Both the position numbers and the translations under genes were made by a program. DNA of 64,000 bases from Octopus bimaculoides (taxonomy: Eukaryota): assembly GCF_001194135.2 (NCBI RefSeq), contig NC_068995.1, positions 4,376,387-4,440,386 on the forward strand, read 5' to 3'. Below, piece after piece: positions 38,041-52,189 of the stretch. Every line of letters starts with the position of its first letter. Positions within the stretch are counted from its first letter, which is position 1. The notes under the pieces are model-generated. The model was not told the DNA's origin. It saw only the letters and a list, made by a program, of their open reading frames with translations, and searched no databases.

Positions 38041-38649
38041 CTCTCTGTCTCTCTCTCTCTCTGTCCCCTTCTTTCTTTCGTATGTCTCCTCACATCCATC
38101 TCTCTGTCGTACAATCCAACAATCAAACAGGACCATCTTTCAGTACGCAATTCAATGCTAATTACACAGTCCCAGTTCATTGAATATTAAAAGATGAGCT
38201 TCTCTCAGAGATGTCTCTGTTTCCTAGAGAGGTTATAATTCCCGTTTAATGATCAGTGAATTATTTCCTTTATTTATTTCTTTAATTATTTATTTTTCTG
38301 TATTTTGCTGCAGGACTCCTTTTGCTGAAGATCGGAGTTAAATGTTTTATAGTGTTTTATAGCAGCATAAATTAAAGATTGATAAATATTGCAGAGAGAA
38401 GAAATTCAATAACTTGGAGTGTTCGCTTATATATTTAATTTCAAACTCATTGAAATATAATTAAAGTATTTACAAGATATTTATGAGTTTATTTTTGTTA
38501 TTGTGTAAGGGTCTGATTTTGAAAAATTAGTAACTTAAGCCTATGTTCACTGAAAAGTGCCTGAGCATTTGTGCCGTTGAAAGGCAACCGTTCGTAATTG
38601 GATGATTTCGTGTGTTTACATATATATACATACATATGTATACATAATA

Positions 38650-38702
<53 letters not shown>

Positions 38703-39304
38703 TAGCTTCGGGCCACCTAAAGCATTGTGAGTGGATCTCGTAAATGGAAACTAAAAGGATCCCATCTTTTATGTATATGCATATGTTCGTGTCTGTCTGT
38801 CTGTCTGTCTGTATGTATGTATGTATGTATGTATGTATGTATGTAGTGGATAGTATAGTCCTTGATATAATAGTTCTGAAAAGGCCGAGATTGTCCAGCG
38901 GAAACGACTGTCATCATAAATCCTCTCTTGGATGAGGACCGACCAGGGTCAGCACACCCAACATCAACTTATAACCATCGATGAATTCGTCACGAATCGA
39001 ACGGCCTTGCATTTGATCATTGGTCTGTCAATGAGAGCAGCCTTACGATATAAGTAGGCGTACGCACTGGGGAATACTGGGAAATCACGAGTGTAGGTTT
39101 GGAATAGAATGCACAGTTTCTGATACGAATCGATACGAAACGAATGAACGATCTGACGAATAAATATTCGATCAGCCTTAAGTTGAACCTGTGCAATGTG
39201 ATTGCTTATGCCTTTGATCTGTGATCCACTTTGACCTGTCATGTGCGGAAGTCAACGTAGATTTCGCGGTATTCAGTGCATATTATATGCAGAAGTCGAC
39301 TGGG

Positions 39305-39305
39305 A

Positions 39306-39360
<55 letters not shown>

Positions 39361-39640
39361 TAATATTGACAATGATGATAATAATAATAACAATAATGAT
39401 AATAATAGCAATAATAATAATAATAATAGTAATAACAATAAGGAGGAGGAAGAAGTGGAGGAAGATATGAAATGCGATTGAGGAGGAGGAGGGGGAGATG
39501 AAGAAGAAGAAGAAGAAGAAGAAGAAGAAGAAGAAGAAGAAGAAAAAGAAGAAGAAGAAGAAGAACAACAACAACAACAGCAAAAACAAAAACAACAACA
39601 ACAACATTGACGACGACGACGACGACGACGAAGACAACAA
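39305..39640. repeat. Compound microsatellite (AAT)n-(GAG)-(GAA)n-(CAA)-(GAC)n
   Basis: Read directly from the sequence. Confidence 0.95.
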
Positions 39641-41364
39641 CTGACCAATTATTATATAGAAGTAAATAAGTTTGAATATTAATATCCAGCGGGGGACTAT
39701 TTCTGAATTAAACATGAATGTAGCGCAGGGTAGTTAGGGTGAGGGCGAGGTGCGGAGCTGGGTAGAAGAGAGTGGTTGGTTGTGTACGTACGTGGCCCTT
39801 GTGCAACAATTTTAAGGATGAGAGATTAGTGACAGCACCAATGGATAATTGTGTGTTGTGAAGTGAGGGAGGACTTTAAAGGAATAATGATATGGATGTT
39901 TTAGTCGTTGTTGTCTTTAATTATTCTTCCCCTCACCTCCAACGGTTTAAACAGAATAAATATTTTTAGTCCGACTAGAATAGAAAATTAAAACTAAATT
40001 TGTCAACAACTCAGTTTTCGTAATAATCCTCAGGCATGTTACTCTGTCCTTCATTGTAAACTGACGAAATACTCAATTTTGCTATGCCTCGTCAAGTTTT
40101 AAGTGCAGCAGTGAATTGCTGCATACTATAATATATAATCGATAATTCATAAACTATAATTAAAAATATAATATCAGATCTTGATTATTAACGACTTTTT
40201 TTTCCCTGGCGAATATTAATTTGAAATGTGTATTACATTCATAAGGCAAAAAAGCACTACCTTCTTCCAAAATCGAACCAATTTTTTGTTAACTATGCCA
40301 CCGATTACATTAATGAGGTTCAGTCATCGATAAATAATATTGTTTGTTCCTTACGACATAATTATTTATATTTAGCTTTCTTTTAGGATTCACGGCCTTA
40401 AAATATGGATTAGAAGCAGTAAGCAGTCATGTGTAGAAATATAAACTTGTTACCAGGTTTAATATGCTTCAGAAGAATTCGAACCCGTAAGACAACCATT
40501 CACTGTATTTTGCCATGGAGACTTCTTCCTGCTGCAAACAAACAGGTATAAATACACCAAGTCAGTTCGAAGAGCCCCCGTCCAGATCGACGATTGCATG
40601 CATTTTGAAGCAGTTATCTCCCCTACAGCACCGAACACACTGGGAAGTGAAGCATTAAATACAACCAATCACAAATCGAGAGGAAATTTACCTTGGAAAC
40701 ATGCTTTTGCTAAGTGTCTTATGCATCTATATGGACGATAGCAAACATACACATGTCGCCTCATGTTTGACCAAGAGAAATTTCGAAGATGTGACTANNN
40801 NNNNNNNNNNNNNNNNNNNNNNNNNNNNNNNNNNNNNNNNNNNNNNNNNNNNNNNNNNNNNNNNNNNNNNNNNNNNNGGAGGGGGAGGAAGGACTATATC
40901 TGCACTCGGCTGGTAGTTATTATCACCTGAATCTACTTCAAACTTTCAAGATATCTAAATTTGATCACAAGTAAACAGAAAAGATGCTGTGACGAGCATT
41001 ACATCCAATAGCGTGTGTATCTGATGAAACATACGCACGTATAGTCTCTTCACACATTGACTCAATCGATATGACACACAACTGTCCCAATATATCTGGC
41101 GTCTGAAAAATCTGTTCGTGAACACCCTGGGAAGATTTATTATGTTTAATTCAAAATCCTTAACATTCCAAAGCAAATATTGAAATACTGTTAAAAGGAT
41201 TTTAAATATAGCATAACTAAAGACAAAAATCTGAGACAAGATTAACCAGTAAAACGAAACGTATGATCTGCGTATCAGGAGCAACACAAACACTCCCAAA
41301 CGCTCATACGTATATACACATATATGTATATATGTGTGTATGTATATATATATATATATGTCTC

Positions 41365-41442
<78 letters not shown>

Positions 41443-41589
41443 TGTGTATGTGTTATACGAGAATGTTGCTGGTAGTGACTACGAGGTTTCCGCTATCTAA
41501 GCCATCATCTACAACTGCACATGAAAACAAATACTAATAGAAAGATAGATGAATAATAGATACAAATATAGCTACAGACATTCCGCTTT

Positions 41590-41788
41590 TATTCTTCCTC
41601 TATTTATTTGTTTCAGTCAAGTTGACTGCAGCCATGCTGGAGCACCGCCTATAGTCGAAAACAACGACGCCAGGACTTATTCTTTGTAAGCCTAGTACTT
41701 ATTTTATCGGTCTCTTAGCCGAAACGCTAAGTTACGGGGACGTAAACACATTCCAGATCGGTTGTCAAGCGATGTTGGGGGACAAACG

Positions 41789-41820
<32 letters not shown>

Positions 41821-42004
41821 ATTATATAAATATATATATACGACGGGCTTCTTTCAGTTTCCGTCAACTAAATCCACTCAGAAGGCTTTGGTTGGCCCGA
41901 AGCTATAGTAGAAGACACTTGCCCAAGGTGCCACGCAGTAAGACTGAACTCCAAACCATGTGGTTGGTAAGCAACCTATTTACCACACAGTCACTCCTGC
42001 GCCT
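41590..42004 (-). mobile_element. Full-length CORE-like tRNA-derived SINE (octopus OR-type?)
   Basis: Minus strand: tRNA-like head ggagtgactgtgtggtaaataggttgcttaccaaccacatggtttggagttcagtc, CORE-like gcaccttgggcaagtgtcttctactatagc, internal (AT)/(GT) repeat, then tail ggcggtgctccagcatggctgcagtcaacttgactgaaacaaataa. The family name is not verified. Confidence 0.85.
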
Positions 42005-42191
42005 ATTGTTATATAAACAGATATGAATAAACATTTATATATGAATATGCATAAACATATATAGATAAACATATATACATGTGTGTATATGTATATATAT
42101 ATATATATATATTTATGTATACATGTGTATATATATATCAGTATGTAGCTGTTTGCTTAGATATACATACATGCATCCAACTACATATAAA

Positions 42192-42244
<53 letters not shown>

Positions 42245-42711
42245 NNNNNNNNNNGCATATATATATATATATATATATGCTTATGAATGCGTTAAACTTC
42301 GCTCAGCAATTTCTGCTCAGATATCCTACTTCCGACGCCTACCTATATACAAACGTCTACTCGGCTACTCAGGGCTATTTTCCTCAATATTTCGGTCTGT
42401 GTCAGGTAGTCTAGGCTTCAATGAAGAGGCGCAATAAAACTTTGTTTCCTGTGCTTGGCAGAAGAATTATAATATTAAACATTGATTTACTGTTGTGTTT
42501 TCCTTCGTTGCATAATTATTTTTAGTTAGTATTTTAATTGCTGACGAGCATAAAGTATAATAGCACTGCAGAAGACATATATGCGTGTGAGTGGTGTGTG
42601 TGTGTGTGTGTGCGCGCGCGCGCGTTTATATATGTATATATTATGCGTGTGTGTGTGTATATATATATATGCAAATATACATATATATTATTATATATAT
42701 ATATATATATA

Positions 42712-42840
42712 TATTCTTTTATTCTTTTATTTGTTTTAGTCATTTGACTGCGGCCATGCTGGAGCACCGCCTTTTTAGTCAGAACCTGGAACCATGTGGT
42801 TGGTAAGCAAGATACCAGCAACACAGCCACTCCTATGCCT
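42712..42840 (-). mobile_element. Internally deleted CORE-like SINE (head joined to tail)
   Basis: tattcttttattcttttatttgttttagtcatttgactgcggccatgctggagcaccgcc is followed directly by gaacctggaaccatgtggttggtaagcaag...acacagccactcct. Confidence 0.8.
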
Positions 42841-43028
42841 ATATATTATATATATAAGAAATATATTTCTAGCAATGATCGTAATTCGTGGTACATCCGC
42901 TTTGTATATGAATATATATATTTATATATATTCATAAGTGTGTGTGTGCATGAATACATATAGAGTGAAAGAGGGAGGACAAGAGAGTAAGACAAACTGC
43001 CAGATAGAATAGAATACAATAGAATACA

Positions 43029-43086
<58 letters not shown>

Positions 43087-43959
43087 TGTGCACCTATCGA
43101 GGTGGGAACCAGACGTAGTTGGGCTTAGAAAGGTAAAGAAAAAGAACAATGATGTCGGAAGGCAGAAAGGGGGAGAGGAACACTGATGGCGCGAGAGGAA
43201 GACAGACTAAGAGATAGATAATGTGGTAAAGTGTCAGATTGAGAGAAAAAATGCGAGGGAATGAGGGAAGAAATGGCGGCAGAAGAAGTAGGATTGTGTA
43301 AAAGTGATGACTAATTACGGTAACCTCTCAATAAGGTAATTAGTTTCCATGTTCTCATAATTAATCTTGGTGATAAGAATATTTTCTATAAATTAGCATA
43401 AGACGTCATAGGTAATCGTCAAAGGTTTTAATGAACTTTCGGAAAATATTGGCAAAAATAATCTCGAAACATTTTATAAATCACCGTAATGAAACATGAT
43501 GGCTAATCTAAATTTTGAATAAAAGACATATTAGAGAAGTATAATTCTAACACGAGATGTAATTAAAGTTTTCTCTCTGATAATATTTATCTCCCTGATT
43601 GAGGAATACATGTGCAGAAACTGACAGTTTCAGAATCCTCAATCAGCTTCATGTTAACAAGGTTCAAATCTGACACGTATCTTTGATTGACCCCATAGAC
43701 ATTTTTTAAGCTTTATCCTTTACCTGTTTCAGTCATTAGACTTTTATAGTTTCTTGCCCTATCGAAATAGGAACGCAGGATTTCCTCGTTTATATTTTTG
43801 AATTTCTCTGTTTCTGCAGTTGTTTTCATTTTACATTTTGATCTTCAACAAGACAGACGATCTGTTGAAATATCGTTCAAACCGTTAAGTAAACACTCTA
43901 TTACAAATCGTACCGCGATCTTCTTGTTGCCTATTATTATTTTTGTTATTATTATTCTT

Positions 43960-44080
43960 ATTCGACTTTATCTTTCATCCTTTTGGGGTCGATAAGTTAA
44001 TTACCAGTGATATACTGGGGTCGATGTAATCGACTCATCCCCTGCCCCAAAATGGCTGCCCTTATGACAAAATTTGAAAC

Positions 44081-44130
<50 letters not shown>
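43960..44130 (+). mobile_element. 3' half of the dominant SINE ending in (ATT)n
   Basis: tcgactttatctttcatcctttttggggtcgataag...ccttatgacaaaatttgaaaccattattattatt. Confidence 0.8.
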
Positions 44131-44132
<2 letters not shown>

Positions 44133-44694
44133 TTCTCACTTTCTTTTTTTTTGCATGTCATCGTTAACAGGACTCCTTCCCAATACGATATATCGATCTA
44201 CCAAAATCTCAGCAGCCTCTCATTCTGTTATGCTTGATTACTAAGATGATTGATCGAGTATTTTAATGAAGACAGAGATCTTCAGTTTGTTTAGTAATTT
44301 TTATTTTTTTATTTTTACTTAAAGATTTTTTTAATTTTGTAATGATTGTGTAGTATTTAAATAATTATTAGGATATTAATTAAGTATCCATCTCTTCAAC
44401 CTTTCATAGGCTGAGTAGATTGAACGAAGAGGATTTCTCGAAGCATATAGTGATAGCATACGTAAAGTTAGACGAAGATATAGTTATGACGAATATAATA
44501 TACTTACGTGGTAAAATTATACAAAGACACCGTTATAGTAAAGTATATAGTTTAGAAAAAACGTACAGAAAAGTTAAACGAAGTTAAAAAAGTTATATTA
44601 CAGAAATACTAATAAAAATACACTCACATATGTATAGATACAGATTTAGAATTTCCATCAGATATTCCTGGTTTATAATATTAGTTCATAGTAT

Positions 44695-44900
44695 ATATGG
44701 CAGCGAACTGGCAGAACTGTTAGCAAGCCGGACGAAATGCTTATCAGCATTTCGTCTGTCATCACGTTTTCAGTTCAATTTCTGACGAGGTCGACTTTGC
44801 CTTTCATCGTTTCCGGTTCGATAAAATAAGTACCAGTTGTATACTGGTTCGATGTAATCGGCAATTAAAATCGCGGGCCTTGTGCCGAATTTTGAAATCA
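44695..44900 (+). mobile_element. Full-length dominant SINE
   Basis: ggcagcgaactggcagaactgttagcaagccggacgaaatgc...gaggtcgactttgcctttcatc...gccttgtgccgaattttgaaatc. Confidence 0.88.
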
Positions 44901-45011
44901 ATACTAGTTCATAGTTTAGAATATATCTAAATGTTGACCAGTATTGTAGGAGAAATATATAGGCATACACATGGGTAGTTACGGTTTTAAGAGAGTACTG
45001 GCCAATATGTG

Positions 45012-45042
<31 letters not shown>

Positions 45043-45823
45043 ATACACACAGACAGATGAATAGATAGATAGATATCTACCAATATGCATATAGTGTGTT
45101 TGTGTACAGATATATATTTCTTTCTTTCTCTTTCTCTCTGAATCTCTCTCTCTCTCTCTCTCTCTCTATGACTTTCTCTGTGTCGCTTTCTCAATCACAC
45201 ACATACTCTCTCTCGTTCTCGCTCTCTCTCTCTACATCTCCGTCTCACACTCTCTTTCTCTCTTTCCTTCCCTCTCTCTTTCTCACCAACACACATATAT
45301 AACCATAGACACACACACACACACACATAACTTTGGAACGTCTCAACACCCAAAGACTATTTACTCTTGAACGACTACTTCCCATATCAGCCACTTTCCA
45401 GCTAGAAGCAAATTAAATACTTTCAATCCATCTTTAAAACAAACAAACAAATAAGTAAACTAACAAATAAACAAATGAATTAAAAAATTAATAAATAATT
45501 AGATAAATAAATAAAGACTGAAAGCAACAACTTATAGAATATCTCCTTGTTCTAAAATTAATCAGATCTCAGTGAATATTGAAAGAAAGACATTACATGA
45601 ACTAATCATTTCTTTGTTAAAAATGTATAAAATGTGACATTTTAGCAGGTTGATGGTTTAATAACCACTTTTACAACAACAACAACATTAGCAGTAAAAA
45701 CAACAACAATACCAACAACAACAACAACGACGACGACGATGGCGATGACGACGATGACGACGAATGGCGAAACAAAATTAAAAACCAACACATTACACAT
45801 TACAGTTGAACATCCTACTGCTT

Positions 45824-45858
<35 letters not shown>

Positions 45859-45918
45859 AACACAAACAACTAAATTATACACCCACATGCACACACATGT
45901 ATACCTATATAATTCTCT

Positions 45919-45954
<36 letters not shown>

Positions 45955-46814
45955 NNNNNNNNNNNNNNNNNNNNNNNNNNNNNNNNNNNNNNNNNNNNNN
46001 NNNNNNNNNNNNNNNNNNNNNNNNNNNNNNNNNNNNNNNNNNNNNNNNNNNNNNNNNNNNNNNNNNNNNNNNNNNNNNNNNNNNNNNNNNNNNNNNNNNN
46101 NNNNNNNNNNNNNNNNNNNNNNNNNNNNNNNNNNNNNNNNNNNNNNNNNNNNNNNNNNNNNNNNNNNNNNNNNNNNNNNNNNNNNNNNNNNNNNNNNNNN
46201 NNNNNNNNNNNNNNNNNNNNNNNNNNNNNNNNNNNNNNNNNNNNNNNNNNNNNNNNNNNNNNNNNNNNNNNNNNNNNNNNNNNNNNNNNNNNNNNNNNNN
46301 NNNNNNNNNNNNNNNNNNNNNNNNNNNNNNNNNNNNNNNNNNNNNNNNNNNNNNNNNNNNNNNNNNNNNNNNNNNNNNNNNNNNNNNNNNNNNNNNNNNN
46401 NNNNNNNNNNNNNNNNNNNNNNNNNNNNNNNNNNNNNNNNNNNNNNNNNNNNNNNNNNNNNNNNNNNNNNNNNNNGGAAGATAGACACACAGAGATATAT
46501 ATGTGCGTGTGTGCGTGTGTGAGTGTGTGTGTAGTTTGGTATAAACATGTAGGCAAGAAGTTGTATGAAGTTGCAGATATATGCTTACATATCGAGACAC
46601 AAAAATTGTATGGAGTCCCAAACAAAAGTCTCGCCTTGGTTTTTATTAGTTGCCATTGGCAATCAATAGCTGGAGACATGCTTCGGGCAACGAAATAAAT
46701 TTCCAGGGAAATTCATGAGTATTTTTATTTTATTTAATCCTATAACAATTTTAAAAAGGAAATTATCGAATTCTATTTCAAGCGAATACTGGTCAACTCG
46801 ATGTGTGTGTGTGC

Positions 46815-47060
46815 GCGTAGGAGTGATGCAGGGGTGGCTGTGTGGTAAAAAGCTTACTTCCCAACCATATATTTGTGGGTCTGTGTTTGTCCCCCCACGA
46901 TGTTGGTGTGTTTACGTCCTTGCAACTTAGCGGTGCGGCAAAATAGACCGATGCAATAAGTAATAGGCTTGCAAAGAATAAGTCTTTGGGTCGATTTGCT
47001 CTACTAAAGGTGGTGCTCCAGTATGACCGCAGTCAAGTGGCTGAATCAAGTAAAATAGTA
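46815..47060 (+). mobile_element. Internally deleted CORE-like SINE
   Basis: Head ggggtggctgtgtggtaaaaagcttacttcccaacca, body gtgtttacgtcc..aacttagcgg, tail ggtggtgctccagtatgaccgcagtcaagtggctgaatcaagtaaaa. Confidence 0.8.
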
Positions 47061-47649
47061 TGCATTTTAACTGCTTGCTCATTCTTTTGTTTTCTTATAT
47101 ATGTGCGTGTGTATGTTGTGTATATATTGTACGCATACACGCATGCCCGCACAGGCACAAAGATATTATATCCGGTCACTTTTAAATGCTACTTGCAACA
47201 CGTATCGCAGTATCTCCTGCTCCGTCAACGGACCATCAGTGGGAAAACCAGCCACGTAGGAAGCCGTTTGGATATTTTGCAGGACGAAAATAAAACTTGC
47301 CAAAGGGTAAATGGTCTCAGTAGAGTCAATGACAACCATTCAGCATCTAGGAGTGGGAGACACACCAGTCTTTATCTAGACATCTCTCTAGAAGAGAGAA
47401 ATTCCGAAATAACGATCACTACATTGCGAAGTTGCAAATCTCACGCTTGGTTATTTCTTGACTATTTGGTTTTCGAAGTGGGAGTCATAGCGGTATTGTT
47501 ATTGACTAAATATCAGCATAATCATTGCTTGCAGCCATTGTCATTAACGTCAGGGATAAGATAATGTTTCAGTGATGGCAATACTCGCCTACAAGTTGAC
47601 AGACACTATATAGTTCTATATCCAAATCTTGCTAGATATATGAGTGTGC

Positions 47650-47716
<67 letters not shown>

Positions 47717-48838
47717 NNNNNNNNNNNNNNNNNNNNNNNNNNNNNNNNNNNNNNNNNNNNNNNNNNNNNNNNNNNNNNNNNNNNNNNNNNNNNNNNNNNN
47801 NNNNNNNNNNNNNNNNNNNNNNNNNNNNNNNNNNNNNNNNNNNNNNNNNNNNNNNNNNNNNNNNNNNNNNNNNNNNNNNNNNNNNNNNNNNNNNNNNNNN
47901 NNNNNNNNNNNNNNNNNNNNNNNNNNNNNNNNNNNNNNNNNNNNNNNNNNNNNNNNNNNNNNNNNNNNNGGCTCGTCCCACGAACCCACGAAAGCATAAG
48001 TGGCATGGAGCTGAATCACACTGTTATTCAAAATGTATGTAACTCTAAGCAAACGTGTTGAGTTTCACCCTTTCACTTCATACATGTGTGTGTGTAAGAG
48101 AGAGAGAGAGAGAATGTGCATGTGTATGTGTTTGTGAGTGTATGTGTGTGTGTGAGAGAGAGAGAGAATGTGCATGCGTATGTGTTTGTGAGTGTGTGTG
48201 TGTATGTATGTGTGTAGTTGTGTGTGTGTGTTTATGCATAAAGTTTTCGACTTTTTAATTTTAAATCTTTGGAATGCAACCTTACTACAGAAACATCTTT
48301 AGATGTTCTCGATGATGTGTACTGCATATTTCATCGCTCTTTACTTATCGAATCTCTTCGTTCAGAGGCCTAACCTCAACAGCTTTACTGGGTCCCCACA
48401 ACGGAAAGGATTATGCTCTATCACGGAATATATGAAACGAAAAGGGACATAACAGCTTTTGTAATATTCTTATATTTATGATATGACGGTAATTGCTGTA
48501 CTTACCATACGCAGCCTCAAATAAAATCACATTCTAAAATACAACTCCATTACTAAATAATTTTTATATCGTTATAAAACCTACATTAGCTGACATCAGA
48601 TTTATGATGTATATTTTATATTACCTTTGATTTTGCGTGAGTATACAAACTTAAAATAAGCGGTGACTCAAGAGGCCTGATGCAATTAACGGGTATGACA
48701 ATATATTGTGTTAGCGAAATGTAATCTAAACCATATGTTGTCTATCTACACTTGCGTGCATATCTATAAGTGGATGTAAGTATATGTATACACATGTACA
48801 TGGATATGTGTGTATATGTATAGGTGGTATATACATAT

Positions 48839-48942
<104 letters not shown>

Positions 48943-48979
48943 ATATAATAATATGCATATAATTATATGCGATAGAAGA

Positions 48980-49031
<52 letters not shown>

Positions 49032-49139
49032 GTAGGTAGGTAGGTAGGTAAGTAGGTAGGTAGGTAGGTAGGTAGGTAGGTAGGTAGGTAGGTAGGTAGG
49101 TACATAGATAGACACAGACATACAGACAGACAGACAGAC

Positions 49140-49198
<59 letters not shown>

Positions 49199-50560
49199 CA
49201 GGTAGCTAGACAATTAAATAAAGAAAACTCAGCATATTTCGTAGAGTTTACAGTTCATTGAATTAACATTTCGACAAAATTCGCATTACACAGAATTTCA
49301 AAGAAATGTGAAAACCTCACCAGTCGTTCTGCTGCCACCTTCTACATATAAAGTCTTTCACATCTTTTACTTAAGTTTGATTACCAACAGATGAACTGAT
49401 TTAGGCTCTTCTCATTGGTTATTTCAGATCATGTGATCAAATTAGAATTTTCTAATGATGCTCGTAATTGTCAATTGACTACGGCTCATATTGTGACCGT
49501 CTGCAGCAGATGAATTAATCCATTGACATGAAAATCGAACTATCATTCATAAGGATAGCCTTACTAGATTTAATCCACAAACTGTTAGTTCTGTATCGCA
49601 AGGTTTCAATATGTAGCCATGGAACCACACACCTGGTTTTCTTAGACTATTTTTTATCCCCTGCTCTCAAATACATTTACTTCTGACCTTTGATGTTTCT
49701 GTAATTACTATTTTCGATCTGCCAAAACATATATGTTTATATATATATATATAAATATATATATATATATGCGTGTATGTTTGTGTAAGGAGAATAAGCC
49801 AAGGTAGAAAATACTAAAATAATTTTATCATGAAATACATTTTGTAAAGGTTTGTATAGGCTTCAGTCTTTTCGACTTTTTCAATTAAGAGTAAAACAAG
49901 AACAACAATTAAATTGAAGAAAAAATTAAATAACATGTTTTGTAAATTTTTCCATCGTCTTCAAAAGGTAGGACATTTACCTTTTTTCAGCCTCTCTCTC
50001 TCTCTTTTCCTTTGTGAAGGCTACGCATCATCATGCTGAAACGTTTTTTCTTACACATTTTNNNNNNNNNNNNNNNNNNNNNNNNNNNNNNNNNNNNNNN
50101 NNNNNNNNNNNNNNNNNNNNNNNNNNNNNNNNNNNNNNNNNNNNNNNNNNNNNNNNNNNNNNNNNNNNNNNNNNNNNNNNNNNNNNNNNNNNNNNNNNNN
50201 NNNNNNNNNNNNNNNNNNNNNNNNNNNNNNNNNNNNNNNNNNNNNNNNNNNNNNNNNNNNNNNNNNNNNNNNNNNNNNNNNNNNNNNNNNNNNNNNNNNN
50301 NNNNNNNNNNNNNNNNNNNNNNNNNNNNNNNNNNNNNNNNNNNNNNNNNNNNNNNNNNNNNNNNNNNNNNNNNNNNNNNNNNNNNNNNNNNNNNNNNNNN
50401 NNNNNNNNNNNNNNNNNNNNNNNNNNNNNNNNNNNNNNNNNTATGAAATATTACTAATTCCTTTAGACGAAATTTTTGCACTGTGTACCAGCAACCAAGA
50501 ATTCTAATTAGCCGTTAATGTCTTCTAAAATCTTTTATCTTTTACTTGTTTCACTCAATA

Positions 50561-50613
<53 letters not shown>

Positions 50614-51029
50614 TCTCTCTCCATTACCAGAGGATGGGAGATTAAATTTTCACGCTGTCTATCAACTGCCAGTCTTAGTAAATATTATATTTAACTAATA
50701 GCAGCCACTATCCTCTGGGAAATATAGCAATCAGCAAGGACCAGCTCCTCCACGTGACCTAAAACAGCCAATGGTAATCAGATTTCCATAGAAGTTGTGA
50801 AAGCGTTGCTCATTTATAATCAGCCATTCGAGTGAAAATATCCATCCATCCATCCATCCATCCATCCATTCCTCCATCCATCCATCCATCCATCCATACA
50901 GACAGACAGACAAACAGACACCTATCCATAAATAATTACAAACATACATACACTCATAGACAGATAAGTGCACGCACGCACACATATATATATATACATA
51001 CATATATTTATAAACACAGAGGGGAAAAA

Positions 51030-51174
51030 CAAAGGGATTAAATCGATTACATCGACCCCAGTGCGTAACTGCTACTTATTTAATCGACCCTGAAATGATG
51101 AAAGGCAAAGTCGACCCCGGCAGACGAAATACCGCTGAGCATTTCGCCCGGCCTGCTAACGATTCTGCCAGCCC

Positions 51175-51176
<2 letters not shown>
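51030..51176 (-). mobile_element. Dominant SINE with internal deletion
   Basis: atcgattacatcgaccccagtgcgtaactg...gaaaggcaaagtcgacc joined to gacgaaataccgctgagcatttcgcccggcctgctaacgattctgccagc. Confidence 0.8.
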
Positions 51177-51221
<45 letters not shown>

Positions 51222-52189
51222 GGACACACGCACACACATATATATATATATATACACACACACAGACACACACACACATATGAATATATATAAGAGAAGC
51301 ATATATGTGAGCGTGTGTTGAAATCGCCGCGTGTCTTTAAACTTCAACTGTAGTAGATTTGATGTAAGACGTTCTGATGGTTTGTTTCTATTAGCGATAT
51401 CTCGTTTCTGATATAATTTTCGGGCCTTGAACCTTTATCTCCTTTGAGATATTCCATCTCACTTGTATACAATTTTTACCACAAAATTAGCAATGTGACG
51501 TTAACATGTGTGTTTGCCTGTCAGATATAAAGTCTCAGCGTTGACAGTTTCAATGCATATTTCGATTGGGTTTTCTGATGTCGTGTCGCTTGAAGTTCAG
51601 TTTCGTCTGGGAGGCATTATTAAGTTACCTCAGATTTATAATTTTAATTAGTAAGAGTATTTCTGTTTCAACTGCTTTTAGCAATATGTTGTTGGATGGA
51701 TATCTACAGGATTCAAATACATATCTGTGTTTATCATTTTCATTTTGTTTATCAAAGAAAGTATGCCTGCAACTTTAAATTTCTAATTAAATTTTTCGTC
51801 TCTTTTAATAATATCTCCAAAAATGATTCTGGCTGAGAGCATAGATAGTTTTTACAGACTTACATGTGAAGGACGTTAAGTGTTCTTACGCATGAGTAGG
51901 ATTACAGCAGCAAGCTTGAACATATTGATATATTAGTTATGTACAGTGGAGTAGGATTGAACAGAACAGAATAGGATAAGATAGGATATGATAGATACAT
52001 AGATAAATAGAGAATATATATAAGCGCAGCCGACCCACGAACTAACAACGGACATACTTTGTGTATGTATGTTCAATATTGTTTATATACGTCGACCTGC
52101 TTCGTATTCATGTTTGAAATTAATTACATTTGTCATTTGGATAAGAGGCATTTACATCAACCCCAATATTTGACGGGTGCTTCATGTTA

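Noticed and set aside
40692-40797. Minus-strand exon with AAG/GTAAAT donor reading SNMRRHVYVCYRPYRC (zinc-finger-like)
   Set aside because: Cys/His spacing does not fit C2H2, an in-frame TAG sits at the gap edge, and the upstream context is lost in the gap.
46986-47564. 192-aa ORF
   Set aside because: It starts inside a SINE, crosses simple-repeat sequence and has no recognisable motif or splice support. A BLASTP or RNA-seq hit would reverse this.
51380-51780. Possible second Penelope-like relic on the minus strand
   Set aside because: Only a faint YLN...HP resemblance, which is insufficient to call.
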